A stretch of DNA of 64,000 nt from Acidimicrobiia bacterium. GTDB lineage: Bacteria > Actinomycetota > Acidimicrobiia > Spongiisociales > ZC4RG35. The notes under the pieces are model-generated. The model was not told where the DNA came from. It did no database searches and saw only the letters and a list, made by a program, of their open reading frames with translations. Position 1 is the stretch's first letter; each line of letters starts with the position of its first letter. Positions 26,757-37,433 of this stretch are shown piece by piece. The position numbers and the translations under genes were made by a program. The DNA is taken from NCBI GenBank assembly GCA_041746105.1, contig JBGTHP010000039.1:34201-98200 (forward strand), in the 5' to 3' direction.

Positions 26757-27785
26757 TCAGGCTTCTTCACTACCGAGCTTGGTGAGCAGATTGGTCAAGA
26801 GCAGCTGTGGCCTCAGATTGGCCTGCAGGTCGGTGGTGGCGTCGAGACACAGCTCGGCATTGCGAATGGCACGGCGTGGCGAAACTGCAGTGAGGGCGGC
26901 AAGCGGCACATCGGCGTTGCGTACCGACCCGCCGAGCTGGATCGCGGCACAGTCGGTGTAGAACGATGCCAGCATCTCCAGCCCACTTACCAGCAGCGCC
27001 TGTCGTGCTCGACGTTTGGCGCGGTCCGCCTTGTCCTTCTCGTCGTCCTCGACGAGTTCGGGGATCAAAGGGTCGGCCGCCTCCAGCATCCGCGCAGCGA
27101 GAGTGAAAGATTCGCCAGGACGATCGCTCACCTGCTCTGGAATCGCGAGCCAACGCGCGCGAAAGTCCACGACGTCAGGGTTTGATGCAAGTGTCAAAGC
27201 CAGGCCGGGCCGTCCACCTGCCATTCGAGACACCCCAACTGCCTGGTCGCCGTCGATCCCTCTGGCGATGAGCCCTTCGCGCAACTCCTCCTCGGAAAGT
27301 CGTCCGAAATGCACGGAACGGCAACGGCTGGCGACGGTTGCAGGCAGGAGATCCTCCGACTCCAGCGCCAGGATGAAAACCGTCGTGGGAGTGGGCTCTT
27401 CGAGTGTCTTGAGCAGGGCATTCGACGCCTGTTCTGTCATGGATTCCGCCTCCTCCATGACAAAGACCTTGCGGTCGCCCTCGTACGGTCGAAGCGTGGC
27501 CTGCTGAATCAGCGTCCGTGCCTGATCAACACCGACGCTGGTTTTCCCCTCCGGTTCGGCCATGACCAGATCGGGATGATTGCCGGATTCGACCCGCCGG
27601 CACGAACTGCAGTCTTCTTCGTGGTCTCCGGAAGAAGGACACAGCAGTGCCTTGGCAAAGAGGCGAGCGACGGTCGCCTTCCCAGTACCGGCGACGCCGA
27701 CAAACAGGTAGGAATTGGCAGGCGACGCCACCTCGCGAATGAGTTGGTCGAGCACGTGCCGGTGTCCAATGACTCCATCAAACAT
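26757..27785 (-). CDS. holB: DNA polymerase III subunit delta'
   Basis: GHRHVLDQL...YLFVGVAGTGKATVARLFAKALLC. 342 aa. Confidence 0.85.
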   Translation of the reverse strand: MFDGVIGHRHVLDQLIREVASPANSYLFVGVAGTGKATVARLFAKALLCPSSGDHEEDCSSCRRVESGNHPDLVMAEPEGKTSVGVDQARTLIQQATLRPYEGDRKVFVMEEAESMTEQASNALLKTLEEPTPTTVFILALESEDLLPATVASRCRSVHFGRLSEEELREGLIARGIDGDQAVGVSRMAGGRPGLALTLASNPDVVDFRARWLAIPEQVSDRPGESFTLAARMLEAADPLIPELVEDDEKDKADRAKRRARQALLVSGLEMLASFYTDCAAIQLGGSVRNADVPLAALTAVSPRRAIRNAELCLDATTDLQANLRPQLLLTNLLTKLGSEEA

Positions 27786-28389
27786 GGCGCCACCGAGCGT
27801 CGATCAAGGCGACCAATTCTCCAACGATCTCCGCCGGTTCCCGGTCGGCCGACAACAGGATCACTTTCTCCGGTTCCTCGGCGGAGAGCTTGTGGTAGCC
27901 CTCGGCGACCATGCGTTGAAAACCGCTACCGGCGGCCCCTATGCGATCAGGGTCCAACTGTCGCCCCAATGCCAGATCGGGGTCGAGGTCTAGGACTGCC
28001 ACGAGATCAGGGACCGCGCCAGCAAGCACGGCTTCGTTCAGTTGTCTGACCGCCTCGACGCCTAGACCACGGGCATGTCCTTGATACGCAAGCGATGAGT
28101 AGTAGGTGCGATCCGAGATCACGAGTGCGTCTTCCGCCAAAGCAGGAGCCACCACCTCTGCGACCAATTGGGCCCGAGAAGCAGCAAACAGTGCTGCTTC
28201 TGACCACGGTGTCATATCACCAGAGTGAAGCAACAGTCGCCGGACTTCCTCTCCGAGATCGGTTCCCCCCGGCTCTCGAACCAAAACCACAGACAAGCCG
28301 CGACGCTCCATGTGCTCGACCAGGAGGTGACCGATGGTGCTCTTGCCGGCACCTTCGACACCCTCGAGGGCGAGATAATAACCGCTCAT
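27778..28389 (-). CDS. tmk: thymidylate kinase
   Basis: MSGYYLALEGVEGAGKST P-loop. 203 aa. Confidence 0.9.
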   Translation of the reverse strand: MSGYYLALEGVEGAGKSTIGHLLVEHMERRGLSVVLVREPGGTDLGEEVRRLLLHSGDMTPWSEAALFAASRAQLVAEVVAPALAEDALVISDRTYYSSLAYQGHARGLGVEAVRQLNEAVLAGAVPDLVAVLDLDPDLALGRQLDPDRIGAAGSGFQRMVAEGYHKLSAEEPEKVILLSADREPAEIVGELVALIDARWRHV

Positions 28390-28394
28390 GCTTC

Positions 28395-29795
28395 TCAGTT
28401 TCGCCCGTCGCGGCGGTCGCCGCGCATCCAGGTAATGGCATCTCCTGCATCACGCAGGGCCCGATACGACTCCTCGTCCATCGGGTCTCCGAATAGCTGG
28501 TGGCGTACGGCCCAGACGACGGTGACGCCCGACGCACAGATGATCGATGCGCTGAACAGCATCACTGCCCGCACCCCGCTTCCCATCTTGCCGGAGAGGA
28601 CACCATCGAACGCCGCGGCGCCCACTCCGGCGAGGCCGAATGAGATCAGGAGCGCGCCACGTGCCGAGGCGTATAACGCGGCGAATGTGCGCCCGCGAAT
28701 GTCATCGGTCACCACCACATGGAGATGGGTGAATCCCGAGACGTAGGCCACACCCGATGCGGCTCCTGCCACGAATACCCACCCGGCGGCACCGGCAACG
28801 GTGTCGGTGACCGAAGCAAAACCGATGGAGATGCCGGTCGCCAGCAGGGCAGATCCGAAAACCAATTCGTGGCGCTCGATCCTTTTGCCTCCAAGAGTCA
28901 TGAACAACATCCCGAGCCCGGCGCCCAAACCCAGAGCGGTCACGACGACGCCAAAACCGGAGTCGGAGCCCTTGAGGACTTGATCGCTGAACGGCTGTCC
29001 GAGCACGAAGAGTCCACCCGCGCCGAACAACGCGAGGGCCACGCCGAGCACAGTACGGCGAGCGGCGGGGAAGGTGGCCACAAAACGGAACCCATCCAAC
29101 ATGTCCCGGAACGGTGCTTTTACGTCGAGTGCGCCCCGGCCTTGTCTCTCCTCTTGAATCTGCAGTTTTGGAATGGCGGTGAAGACCACGATCACGCCCG
29201 AAACAAGAAAAGTGAGGGAGTCGAACACAAAAGCGGCAACCACTCCGGTGCTTGCGGTAACCCCGAGATCTACACCCTTCCCGAACGACGTGAAGAGGGC
29301 GAACAAGGCCGATCCGATGGGAGCGGTGCCATAGGCCGCGAAAAGATTGAGGCCATTGGCCGCCATGAGGTGCCGCTTTGGAATCAGCTGTGGAGTCACC
29401 GCCTCCCTCGCCGGCTGCCGGAGCAGCGACAGAACCTCGATCGCAAAAGTGAGGAGAAAGAGGGTCTGATAGGACCCCACCAAAATCAGGCATCCGACCA
29501 ACCCGGCGCGCCCGAAGTCGGAGACAACCATCATCTTTTTGCGATCGAACCGGTCGGCGAGAACGCCTCCAACGATCCCGATCAGCAGGCCCGGCAAGAT
29601 TCGGGCGACCAACGGCACCAGGATCGCCACCGAGGCGGCACGGCCACCCCCGGAAATCTTGGCGGCAAGCGAGAATGTGGCGAAGAGGGTGACCCAATCG
29701 CCGAGGCTGGAGATGAACTGAGACCAAAACATCCTGGCATAGGGACCGCGGCGGATGAGCTCTCTGCCCCGGATACGTTCGATCATCGAGTCCAT
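28395..29795 (-). CDS. MFS transporter
   Basis: 12 predicted TM helices. Start taken at MDSMIERIRG (ATG 29793-29795), because the longer ORF would overlap the topA start. Confidence 0.8.
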   Translation of the reverse strand: MDSMIERIRGRELIRRGPYARMFWSQFISSLGDWVTLFATFSLAAKISGGGRAASVAILVPLVARILPGLLIGIVGGVLADRFDRKKMMVVSDFGRAGLVGCLILVGSYQTLFLLTFAIEVLSLLRQPAREAVTPQLIPKRHLMAANGLNLFAAYGTAPIGSALFALFTSFGKGVDLGVTASTGVVAAFVFDSLTFLVSGVIVVFTAIPKLQIQEERQGRGALDVKAPFRDMLDGFRFVATFPAARRTVLGVALALFGAGGLFVLGQPFSDQVLKGSDSGFGVVVTALGLGAGLGMLFMTLGGKRIERHELVFGSALLATGISIGFASVTDTVAGAAGWVFVAGAASGVAYVSGFTHLHVVVTDDIRGRTFAALYASARGALLISFGLAGVGAAAFDGVLSGKMGSGVRAVMLFSASIICASGVTVVWAVRHQLFGDPMDEESYRALRDAGDAITWMRGDRRDGRN

Positions 29796-29914
29796 GTGGG
29801 GTCGAAGGCTATCCGTCCGAAGAGAAAAGGTCGTCCGAAAACGAGCCCCCCAGTCGACGGCAGACATCGTCGGTTCTTGACACTTTTCCCGAACTTCCCG
29901 TAGCTTGGTCCCTT

Positions 29915-32488
29915 GTGCCCACTTCACTAGTCATCGTCGAGTCCCCCACCAAGGCCAAATCCATCGGCCAATTCCTCCGCGGAGTCGTGGGCGACGGTGT
30001 CGTGGTCGAGGCCTCGATGGGTCACGTTCGAGACCTTCCCGGTGGATCCAAAGAACTCCCGGAGAAGTACAAGAAGGAACCGTGGGCGTATCTGGCCGTG
30101 GACTACGAACACGACTTCGACCCGGTGTACGTCGTATCCAAACGAGCCAAGGACCGAATCAAGAAGCTCAAAGAATTGATGGCGGACGCAGACACGCTCT
30201 ACCTCGCGACCGACGAGGACCGCGAGGGGGAAGCCATTGCGTGGCATCTGACCGAGATCCTCAAGCCGAAGATTCCCGTAAAACGAATGGTGTTTCACGA
30301 GATCACCGAGGCCGCAATCCGTGAGGCCTTCGCCAATCCTCGAGACATCGACCTGCAGTTGGTCGACGCCCAGGAGGCCCGTCGGATCCTCGACCGGTTG
30401 GTTGGTTATGACGTTTCTCGAGTCCTGTGGATGAAGGTGGCTCCGCGCCTCTCCGCCGGCAGGGTCCAATCGGTTGCAGTGCGGATCGTCGTCGAGCGCG
30501 AACGAGAGCGCATGGCGTTTCGCTCGGCCTCCTACTGGGACCTCACCGCCACCCTGGAAAAGCCACACGAGACACCGCAGTTCCAGGCAACCCTGGTCTC
30601 GGTGGACGGTCGAAAACTTGCCACCGGTCGGGACTTCTCCTCGATTGGAGCGACCGATCCAGACGTCGTGGTCCTGGGCGAGGAGGAAGCAGCCGACCTT
30701 GGCCAGGCTCTGGCCGGGGCCTCTTTCGCCGTCACCGCGACCGATACGAAACCGTATACGCGGCGCCCCTATCCCCCATTTCGCACCAGCACACTCCAAC
30801 AGGAGGGTTCTCGCAAACTCAGGTACTCGTCCAGTCGCACCATGTCGGTAGCGCAGAGGTTGTATGAAAACGGGTTCATCACGTATATGAGAACCGACTC
30901 GGTGAACCTGTCGGAGGCGGCCATCGCCACCGCCCGCGACGCCATCCAGAAACAATTCGGTGCCGATTACGTCCCTGACATGCCGCGGACCTTCACCTCC
31001 AAGGCGAAGAACGCGCAAGAGGCACACGAGGCGATCAGACCCGCTGGTGACGAATGGAAGACGCCGGCCCAGGTAGCACGCGAGCTTGGTAGTGACGAAG
31101 CCAACCTCTACGAGTTGATCTGGAAGCGAACTCTGGCTTCGCAGATGCCCGATGCCAAGGGTGAACAAATGTCGGTCAAACTGGCCGCCGAGGCATCAGA
31201 CGGCCGCTCGTGCGATTTTTCCGCCTCCGGGAGGGTGATAACTTTCCCCGGTTTCCTCAAGATCTATGTCGAGTCGATCGACGATCCCGATGCCGACACC
31301 GACGACTCGGAGAGACCCCTGCCTCCCCTGGAAGAGGGAGACTCCGTCTTGCTGATCGCCCTCGACGCGGCTGGTCACGACACCCAGCCTCCCCGCCGCT
31401 ACAACGAGGCCTCCCTGGTGCAACGACTCGAAGAGCTCGGCGTCGGACGCCCGTCGACCTATGCCTCGATCATCCTCCGCATCCAGGATGCCGGCTACGT
31501 TTTCAAGAAGGGCCAGGCTCTCGTGCCCACCTTCACCGCGTTTGCCGTTGTCACGTTGCTCGAACAGAACTTCCCGAAGCTGGTCGACTACGAGTTCACG
31601 GCCCGCATGGAGGACGATCTCGACCGGATCGCCACCGGCGACGAAAGCCGGGTTCCGTGGTTGACACGTTTTTATCTAGGGGAGGAGGGCCTCAAGAACA
31701 CGATCGAAGAGCGACTCGCTTCCATTGATGCCAGAGCCGTCAACTCGATTCCCCTCGGACAGGACGAGGCCGGACGCGAGATCGTCGCAAGGGTCGGCAA
31801 ATTCGGACCCTACGTGGAAAGGGGCGAGGATCGCGGATCGATCCCAGATGACGTTGCTCCCGACGAGTTGACCATCGAACGTGCCACCGAGCTGATCGAG
31901 ACCCAGGGCCAGGGCGACAAGATCCTTGGGACCGACCCGGACAGTGGCCTGGTGGTGCTCGCTCGCACCGGGCGCTTTGGACCCTATGTTCAGCTTGGAG
32001 AGCAAGAAGAGGGATCGAAGCAGAAACCGAAAAGAGCGAGCCTGCTCAAGAGTATGGAACTCGATGCCCTTTCGCTCGATGATGGGCTGAAACTGCTTTC
32101 CTTGCCACGCACCATTGGCATCGACGAGAACGACGTCCCGATCGAGGTCTACAACGGACGCTACGGACCCTATGTGCAAAGGGGCGAGGACCGGCGAAGC
32201 CTCGAATCCGAGGACGAGTTGTTCACGGTCGGCGTCGAACACGCACTCAAACTCTTGGCAGAGCCACCACGGCGTCGTGGTCAGAGCAGGGCGGCCGCCG
32301 GACCGCTGCGAGAAATCGGTGAAGATCCAGTGTCAAAGAAGCCTGTGACAGTCAGAAACGGCCGATTCGGTCCTTACGTCACAGATGGAATCGTCAACGC
32401 CAGCCTGCGCAAGGCCGACACGCCGGAATCGATCACGATCGAGCGAGCCGCCGAACTGCTCCAGGCCCGCCGCGACCGAATGGCCTGA
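29915..32488 (+). CDS. topA: DNA topoisomerase I
   Basis: 857 aa. Toprim N-terminus LVIVESPTKAKSIG, active-site region and C-terminal repeats. Confidence 0.95.
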   Translation: MPTSLVIVESPTKAKSIGQFLRGVVGDGVVVEASMGHVRDLPGGSKELPEKYKKEPWAYLAVDYEHDFDPVYVVSKRAKDRIKKLKELMADADTLYLATDEDREGEAIAWHLTEILKPKIPVKRMVFHEITEAAIREAFANPRDIDLQLVDAQEARRILDRLVGYDVSRVLWMKVAPRLSAGRVQSVAVRIVVERERERMAFRSASYWDLTATLEKPHETPQFQATLVSVDGRKLATGRDFSSIGATDPDVVVLGEEEAADLGQALAGASFAVTATDTKPYTRRPYPPFRTSTLQQEGSRKLRYSSSRTMSVAQRLYENGFITYMRTDSVNLSEAAIATARDAIQKQFGADYVPDMPRTFTSKAKNAQEAHEAIRPAGDEWKTPAQVARELGSDEANLYELIWKRTLASQMPDAKGEQMSVKLAAEASDGRSCDFSASGRVITFPGFLKIYVESIDDPDADTDDSERPLPPLEEGDSVLLIALDAAGHDTQPPRRYNEASLVQRLEELGVGRPSTYASIILRIQDAGYVFKKGQALVPTFTAFAVVTLLEQNFPKLVDYEFTARMEDDLDRIATGDESRVPWLTRFYLGEEGLKNTIEERLASIDARAVNSIPLGQDEAGREIVARVGKFGPYVERGEDRGSIPDDVAPDELTIERATELIETQGQGDKILGTDPDSGLVVLARTGRFGPYVQLGEQEEGSKQKPKRASLLKSMELDALSLDDGLKLLSLPRTIGIDENDVPIEVYNGRYGPYVQRGEDRRSLESEDELFTVGVEHALKLLAEPPRRRGQSRAAAGPLREIGEDPVSKKPVTVRNGRFGPYVTDGIVNASLRKADTPESITIERAAELLQARRDRMA

Positions 32489-32505
32489 ACTCCCGCACAC
32501 CATCT

Positions 32506-32958
32506 CTACACGGGTCGGTCACCATCAATCGGGGTCCGTTTAACCAGGGCTTGGAAGCGTTCGGTGAGACGTCCCAGAACTGCCAGCGAATAGGCCATGT
32601 CGCCCGCCAATTCGAAGTCGATGCCTACCCGGGAGAGCTGGAGTACTTCGACACTCCGCAGTCGTGCGGCGTCGGCCGGACTCCAGTCGGGACTCTCTGC
32701 CACGCCGACCACCAAACGGGGGTGATCGTTCCGATTCATAATCTCGACGATTTCGCCGCCGGAGAGGGGCGGGGCCAGAAAGATTCCGCCACGGGTTGCC
32801 GACTCGAAGCAAGCCGACCCATGGGAGACAACCGCGTCCGCCGCGGTCAAGTCATCGGTCTCGGTCCATCCCCCGTCGACAAACGCTCTCCTGGCGCACC
32901 ACAAAACGGGCCCAGAATCGGGGTATTCGCCGCTCGCCACAAAAAAGCGGCCGCTCAT
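32506..32958 (-). CDS. short protein resembling only the C-terminal half of GT1 glycosyltransferases (possible gene fragment)
   Basis: VVSHGSACFESATRGGIFLAPPLSGGEIVEIMN resembles the UDP-sugar-binding segment V(V/I)THGG.G(T/S)..EAL..G.P....P...DQ..NA. No N-terminal GT-B half. Confidence 0.3.
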   Translation of the reverse strand: MSGRFFVASGEYPDSGPVLWCARRAFVDGGWTETDDLTAADAVVSHGSACFESATRGGIFLAPPLSGGEIVEIMNRNDHPRLVVGVAESPDWSPADAARLRSVEVLQLSRVGIDFELAGDMAYSLAVLGRLTERFQALVKRTPIDGDRPV

Positions 32959-33039
32959 GGCCTGGCTTCCCGGAGGTGTCGCTGGTCGAGGCCCGCCGTG
33001 CCGGGCGGCCACGCAACGGTTGCGACCAGCCGCATCGCG

Positions 33040-34068
33040 TCAGCCCATCACGGTTTCGGCCACGACCTCGAGCAGCTCGGGGGGACCTTCGATCAGCATC
33101 GTTGTGAGGACCGTTTTCTCCCAGCGTTTCAGGTCCTCTTTGATTTTGTCGACCGGCCCCAACAATGCGACATCCTCGACCATCTCGAGCGGAATCGCCG
33201 CGAGAGCCTCCTCCTTGCGCCCGGCCAGATATAGATCCTGGACTTTGACGCAGACGTCCTCCCAGCCCATCCGCACGAAGACCTCGTAATGGAAGTTCAC
33301 GTCCTTGGCTCCCATACCCCCCACATAGAGGCCGATGGCAGGACGCACCAGCGAAGCTGCCACTTCAGGGTCGGGATGGACCACAAACGGTACAAAACCC
33401 GGCACATCGAAGTCTTCGATTGAGTGCCGGGCGCCAGGGCGGGCAAAACCCTCTGCCAGGGCGGCGCGATAGAAGCCGTCCAATTTGGGTGAAAACCAGG
33501 CAGGCAACCAGCCGTCGGCAATCTCGGCAGCCAGTGCGACGTTCTTGGGGCCCTCTGCCGCCAGATAGATTGGCAAATCGGCGCGCAGGGGGTGAACCGT
33601 GGACTTGAGCGCCTTGCCCAGTCCCGCGCCCCCAGGGTACGGGAGCCGGTAGTGGTCACCTTCAAAAACCAATGGACCTTCGCGTGCGATGATCTTTCGC
33701 ACGATCTCAACGAACTCCCTGGTTCGGGCGAGCGGTTTGGGGAAAGGCTGACCGTACCAACCCTCTACCACTTGGGGCCCCGACACTCCGAGGCCGAGAA
33801 CAAACCGACCGCCGGTGAGATGATCCATGGTGATCGCCGCCATGGCGGCGGCCGCCGGGGTCCGCGCCGACATCTGCATGATGTTGGTTCCGAGCCGTAC
33901 TCGAGAAGTGCCGGCACCCCACCATGCCAAGGGAGTGAGAGCGTCGGAGCCATACGCCTCGGCAGTCCACACGGAGTCGAAACCGAGGCGGTCGGCCAGG
34001 TTGACCTGGTCCTGCATGCCAAACGGGGGCCCCGCCGACCAGTATCCGGTCATCAGTCCGAGTTTCAT
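33040..34068 (-). CDS. LLM-class (luciferase-like) F420-dependent oxidoreductase
   Basis: 342 aa. DSVWTAEAY...TGGRFVLGLGVSGPQVVEGWYG. Confidence 0.8.
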   Translation of the reverse strand: MKLGLMTGYWSAGPPFGMQDQVNLADRLGFDSVWTAEAYGSDALTPLAWWGAGTSRVRLGTNIMQMSARTPAAAAMAAITMDHLTGGRFVLGLGVSGPQVVEGWYGQPFPKPLARTREFVEIVRKIIAREGPLVFEGDHYRLPYPGGAGLGKALKSTVHPLRADLPIYLAAEGPKNVALAAEIADGWLPAWFSPKLDGFYRAALAEGFARPGARHSIEDFDVPGFVPFVVHPDPEVAASLVRPAIGLYVGGMGAKDVNFHYEVFVRMGWEDVCVKVQDLYLAGRKEEALAAIPLEMVEDVALLGPVDKIKEDLKRWEKTVLTTMLIEGPPELLEVVAETVMG

Positions 34069-34193
34069 CGCGCTCCCGAGTGTCGTTTCCGTGACCTTAA
34101 TGAGCCAGGGAGTACCGGGTCCTTCGTCATGCGACCCGGCGATCTCCCATCGCCGTTGTCTCGTCGGTAGCGTGGGCAGTCGGCGACAGATGG

Positions 34194-35435
34194 GTGACCA
34201 GTATGACTCGAGTTCTTTTTGCTGGTGGGTCTGTTTTTGACGGAAGCGGAAGCGACCCGTTGCCTGCAGACCTGGTGGTCGAGGGCAGCTTGATCACCGA
34301 GGTCGGCTCCGGCCTCGATGGCGATGAGAAGATCGACCTGACCGGAAAGGTCATCCTTCCCGGTTTTATCGACTGCCACGTCCATTCTGGATTCGCCAAC
34401 ATCGACTTCGACGCCATGCGAAAGCAGGCCTTTGCCTTGCGGTATTACCAGGCGGCACATTCCCTAGCGACCACCCTTGACACCGGGATCACCACGATAC
34501 GCGACGCGGGCGGGGCCAGCCTCGGGATCAAACAAGCCGTCGAGCAGGGCCTGATTCGGGGGCCCCGGATGCTGATTTCGATCGTCATGTTGAGCCAGAC
34601 AGGTGGGCACGGTGACGGCTGGCTTTCGAGCGGTCTGGATTTGCCGATCTTTTGGGGCGATCCGTCGATGCCGTCAAACGTCGTCGATGGTCCAGACGAG
34701 ATGAGAAGGAAAGTCAGAGAGTTGGTGCGGGCCGGTGCCGACTGCGTCAAGGTCGCGACGTCGGGAGGGGTTCTCTCTCCCAATGACGATCCGCGCCATG
34801 CCCACTTCCGCCCCGATGAGTTGGCGATTCTCGTCGCCGAGGCAGAAGCCGCCGGGATTCATGTGCTGGCCCACGCCCAGGCCACCGATGGCATTCGCAA
34901 CGCGGTGGAGAGCGGCATTCGTTCGATCGAGCACGGGATCTATCTCGACGAAGTGGTCATCGAACGAATGTTGGACAAGGGCACATGGCTGGTCCCGACG
35001 CTGCTGGCGCCAACGGGCGTGGTGCGAGCCGCCGAACGGGGAATTCCCGTCCCTCCGAGTTCGCTGGCAAAAGCCAAGGAAGTGATCGAGATCCACAAAC
35101 AATCGGTTGCGGCCGCGATCGCGGCCGGGGTCAAGATCGCCTTCGGCACCGATTGCCCGGTGTCTCCTCACGGAACAAACCTCGACGAATTCGTTCTGTT
35201 GCGGGAGTTGGGGATGACCCCGGCGCAGGTTCTGGTGGCGGCCACCGCCGAATCCGCCCGGCTCTGCCAGATCGACGACACGGTCGGCACGCTGGAATCG
35301 GGCAAGAAGGCCGATCTGGTGGTAGTCGACCGGGATCCCTACCAATTCGAAGGTCTACGGGACTCGATCACCGCCGTCTATCAGTCGGGCCGACTCGTCG
35401 GCGGGCCCCAATTTGCAGGTCGACTGACCGCTTAG
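34194..35435 (+). CDS. metal-dependent amidohydrolase
   Basis: 413 aa. GFIDCHVHSGF metal-binding HxH and amidohydrolase-fold conservation. Confidence 0.8.
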   Translation: MTSMTRVLFAGGSVFDGSGSDPLPADLVVEGSLITEVGSGLDGDEKIDLTGKVILPGFIDCHVHSGFANIDFDAMRKQAFALRYYQAAHSLATTLDTGITTIRDAGGASLGIKQAVEQGLIRGPRMLISIVMLSQTGGHGDGWLSSGLDLPIFWGDPSMPSNVVDGPDEMRRKVRELVRAGADCVKVATSGGVLSPNDDPRHAHFRPDELAILVAEAEAAGIHVLAHAQATDGIRNAVESGIRSIEHGIYLDEVVIERMLDKGTWLVPTLLAPTGVVRAAERGIPVPPSSLAKAKEVIEIHKQSVAAAIAAGVKIAFGTDCPVSPHGTNLDEFVLLRELGMTPAQVLVAATAESARLCQIDDTVGTLESGKKADLVVVDRDPYQFEGLRDSITAVYQSGRLVGGPQFAGRLTA

Positions 35436-35444
35436 ACCCTTGCG

Positions 35445-36791
35445 CTAGAGAACCCGCGCCGCCATCTCGGCCAGCGGGCTTCTGACCGATTTCTCGAGGA
35501 TCACATGACCAAACAGCGTTGAACCGCGGAACTTCTCGATCAATGCAGCCATACCCCCGTATGGAGAGATGTAGGGATTGTCGACTTGGGTCAGGTCCCC
35601 ACAAAAAACAACCTTGGAGTCTTTGCCGAGTCGGGTGAGAATGACTTTGAGGGTGGACAACTCCAGGTTCTGGGCTTCGTCGATTATCACGAACTCTCCG
35701 GTGATGGACCGGCCCCTGAGATAGGTCACCGCCGCCATCTCCAACTCACCGCGCTCTACCAACTCGTTGATTGCGTGTTTGGCCCCTTCCGAACCGGCAT
35801 CCTGGAACAGGGCATGGAGGTTGTCGTGGACCGCGGCCATCCAGGGCGCCAGTTTTTCGTCGAGGTCACCGGGGAGGTATCCCACTTCTTGGCGTCCCAC
35901 CGCCACCAAAGGCCGGTAGACGGACACTTTCCGATAACGACCCAACTCGAGGACTTGTTCGAGACCGGCCGCCAGCGCCAGAAAGGTTTTTCCCGATCCG
36001 GCCATGCCCATGAGTGACACCGCCGGGATGTCAGGGTCGAGAAGATGGTGAAGCGCCACCGACTGCCGAAGGTTTTTGGGCTCGACCCCGAACGCCCGGA
36101 CCGAACTCGCGACCCGTTCGACCACCGCCTGCTCGCCATCCTCAACGACCCTTGCCACCGCCGAACGGGACACGCCAGACTTCAGGACGACAAAGTCGTT
36201 GATAACTGCGCCGATCGAACCGATCTCCAGCTTGCCGTGATCGAACAACTGATCGATGGTTTCGCCAGACGTCTGGACTTCGATAACACCGGTTGCCAGT
36301 TCGTCGACCGGAACCGTGTCGCCCCGATAGTCCTCGACCTCGATGCCGAGTTGAGCCCCCTTGATCCGGAGCGCGGCATCTTTGGTCACCAACACGGGGT
36401 CGTCACCCGCCTCCGACAGATTTAGACACGCGGCAAGGATGCGATGGTCAGGCGTTGTCGGGTCGAGCACTCTCGGCAACCGCTCGGAAGCGACTCCGTT
36501 CAATTCGATCCGAAGGTTGCCCCCGGACGGCAACGACGCAGGACTCTTGAGCCCACCCGCACGTGATGCACCTAGTTCTTCCAGCAGACGGATCGCCATG
36601 CGAGCGTTCGACCCGACCTCGTCCATTCGAGTTTTTTTCCGGTCGAGTTCCTCGACAACCACCAGGGGGAGAACCAAGCGGTGTTCGTCGAAGCGGAGGA
36701 GGGAGTTGGGGTCGGCCAGCAGAACACAAGTGTCCAAAACGTAGGTTCGAGCCACCGAGTCCACTCCTGGTCGTTGATCAGCGTGGAACAA
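35445..36791 (-). CDS. PhoH-like ATPase with N-terminal PIN domain (PhoH2)
   Basis: N-terminal YVLDTCVLLADPN (PIN) and GMAGSGKTFLALAAG Walker A in the PhoH domain. 448 aa. Confidence 0.85.
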   Translation of the reverse strand: MFHADQRPGVDSVARTYVLDTCVLLADPNSLLRFDEHRLVLPLVVVEELDRKKTRMDEVGSNARMAIRLLEELGASRAGGLKSPASLPSGGNLRIELNGVASERLPRVLDPTTPDHRILAACLNLSEAGDDPVLVTKDAALRIKGAQLGIEVEDYRGDTVPVDELATGVIEVQTSGETIDQLFDHGKLEIGSIGAVINDFVVLKSGVSRSAVARVVEDGEQAVVERVASSVRAFGVEPKNLRQSVALHHLLDPDIPAVSLMGMAGSGKTFLALAAGLEQVLELGRYRKVSVYRPLVAVGRQEVGYLPGDLDEKLAPWMAAVHDNLHALFQDAGSEGAKHAINELVERGELEMAAVTYLRGRSITGEFVIIDEAQNLELSTLKVILTRLGKDSKVVFCGDLTQVDNPYISPYGGMAALIEKFRGSTLFGHVILEKSVRSPLAEMAARVL

Positions 36792-36851
36792 TCGTTGCCA
36801 ATCATTTCGTGAAAACCAAGGATCAACGAGATCGACCCCGTCGATCCGACC

Positions 36852-37433
36852 TCAGGAGGGTTTCTCGACCACCGTGTAGAACTGCGGACTCGACAGAAGG
36901 CTGAATTCCGAATTGGCGTGGACGAGACCGACATCTTCTGAAAGCCGGCGCAACTTTTTGGGCCACAGCCACTGACAGTGGACTTGGCGAGCCTTGAGCG
37001 GGTTCCGGTGGAGGATCACTGCGGTGGGTACGGCCCAAATCCCCTGAATCGGTTCTGCCGGGTAGATGAAAAGCGCCTTGCCTCCCGGCTTGAGGACCCG
37101 CGCCATCTCCTCGAATGCACCCTCGATATCCGGGATGTGCTCGATCGCATGCACGGAGACGACCTTGTCGAAAGTTTGATCGGCGAAATCGAGTGACTCC
37201 GCGTACATGTGGACGACACCGTCGGTCACGGCTAGATCGGCCGCCTGCGGGTTGGCGTCGATCCCGGTCGCATCCACTCCCCAGTCGAGCAGGCGTTTGG
37301 TCAGATGTCCGCGCCCGCACCCGACCTCGAGCACTCGTTCACCCGGTTGGGGGTCGAGCAGACGGCGCACAGTCGTCTCGTGCCTCTTGTCCCATCGGTT
37401 GACCATCGCGTACCGCCGCGAGTCGTAGGTCAT
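36852..37433 (-). CDS. class I SAM-dependent methyltransferase
   Basis: VLEVGCGRGHL SAM-binding motif. Start at the ATG overlapping the upstream stop (ATGA). Confidence 0.75.
   Translation of the reverse strand: MTYDSRRYAMVNRWDKRHETTVRRLLDPQPGERVLEVGCGRGHLTKRLLDWGVDATGIDANPQAADLAVTDGVVHMYAESLDFADQTFDKVVSVHAIEHIPDIEGAFEEMARVLKPGGKALFIYPAEPIQGIWAVPTAVILHRNPLKARQVHCQWLWPKKLRRLSEDVGLVHANSEFSLLSSPQFYTVVEKPS

Noticed and set aside
26437-26760. Integrated mobile element at the tRNA-Thr att-like repeat
   Set aside because: Only ~90 nt lie between the repeats, and no integrase, excisionase or transposase was seen anywhere in the window.
29927-31168. 413-aa minus ORF inside topA
   Set aside because: Antisense to the topoisomerase I Toprim and core domains.
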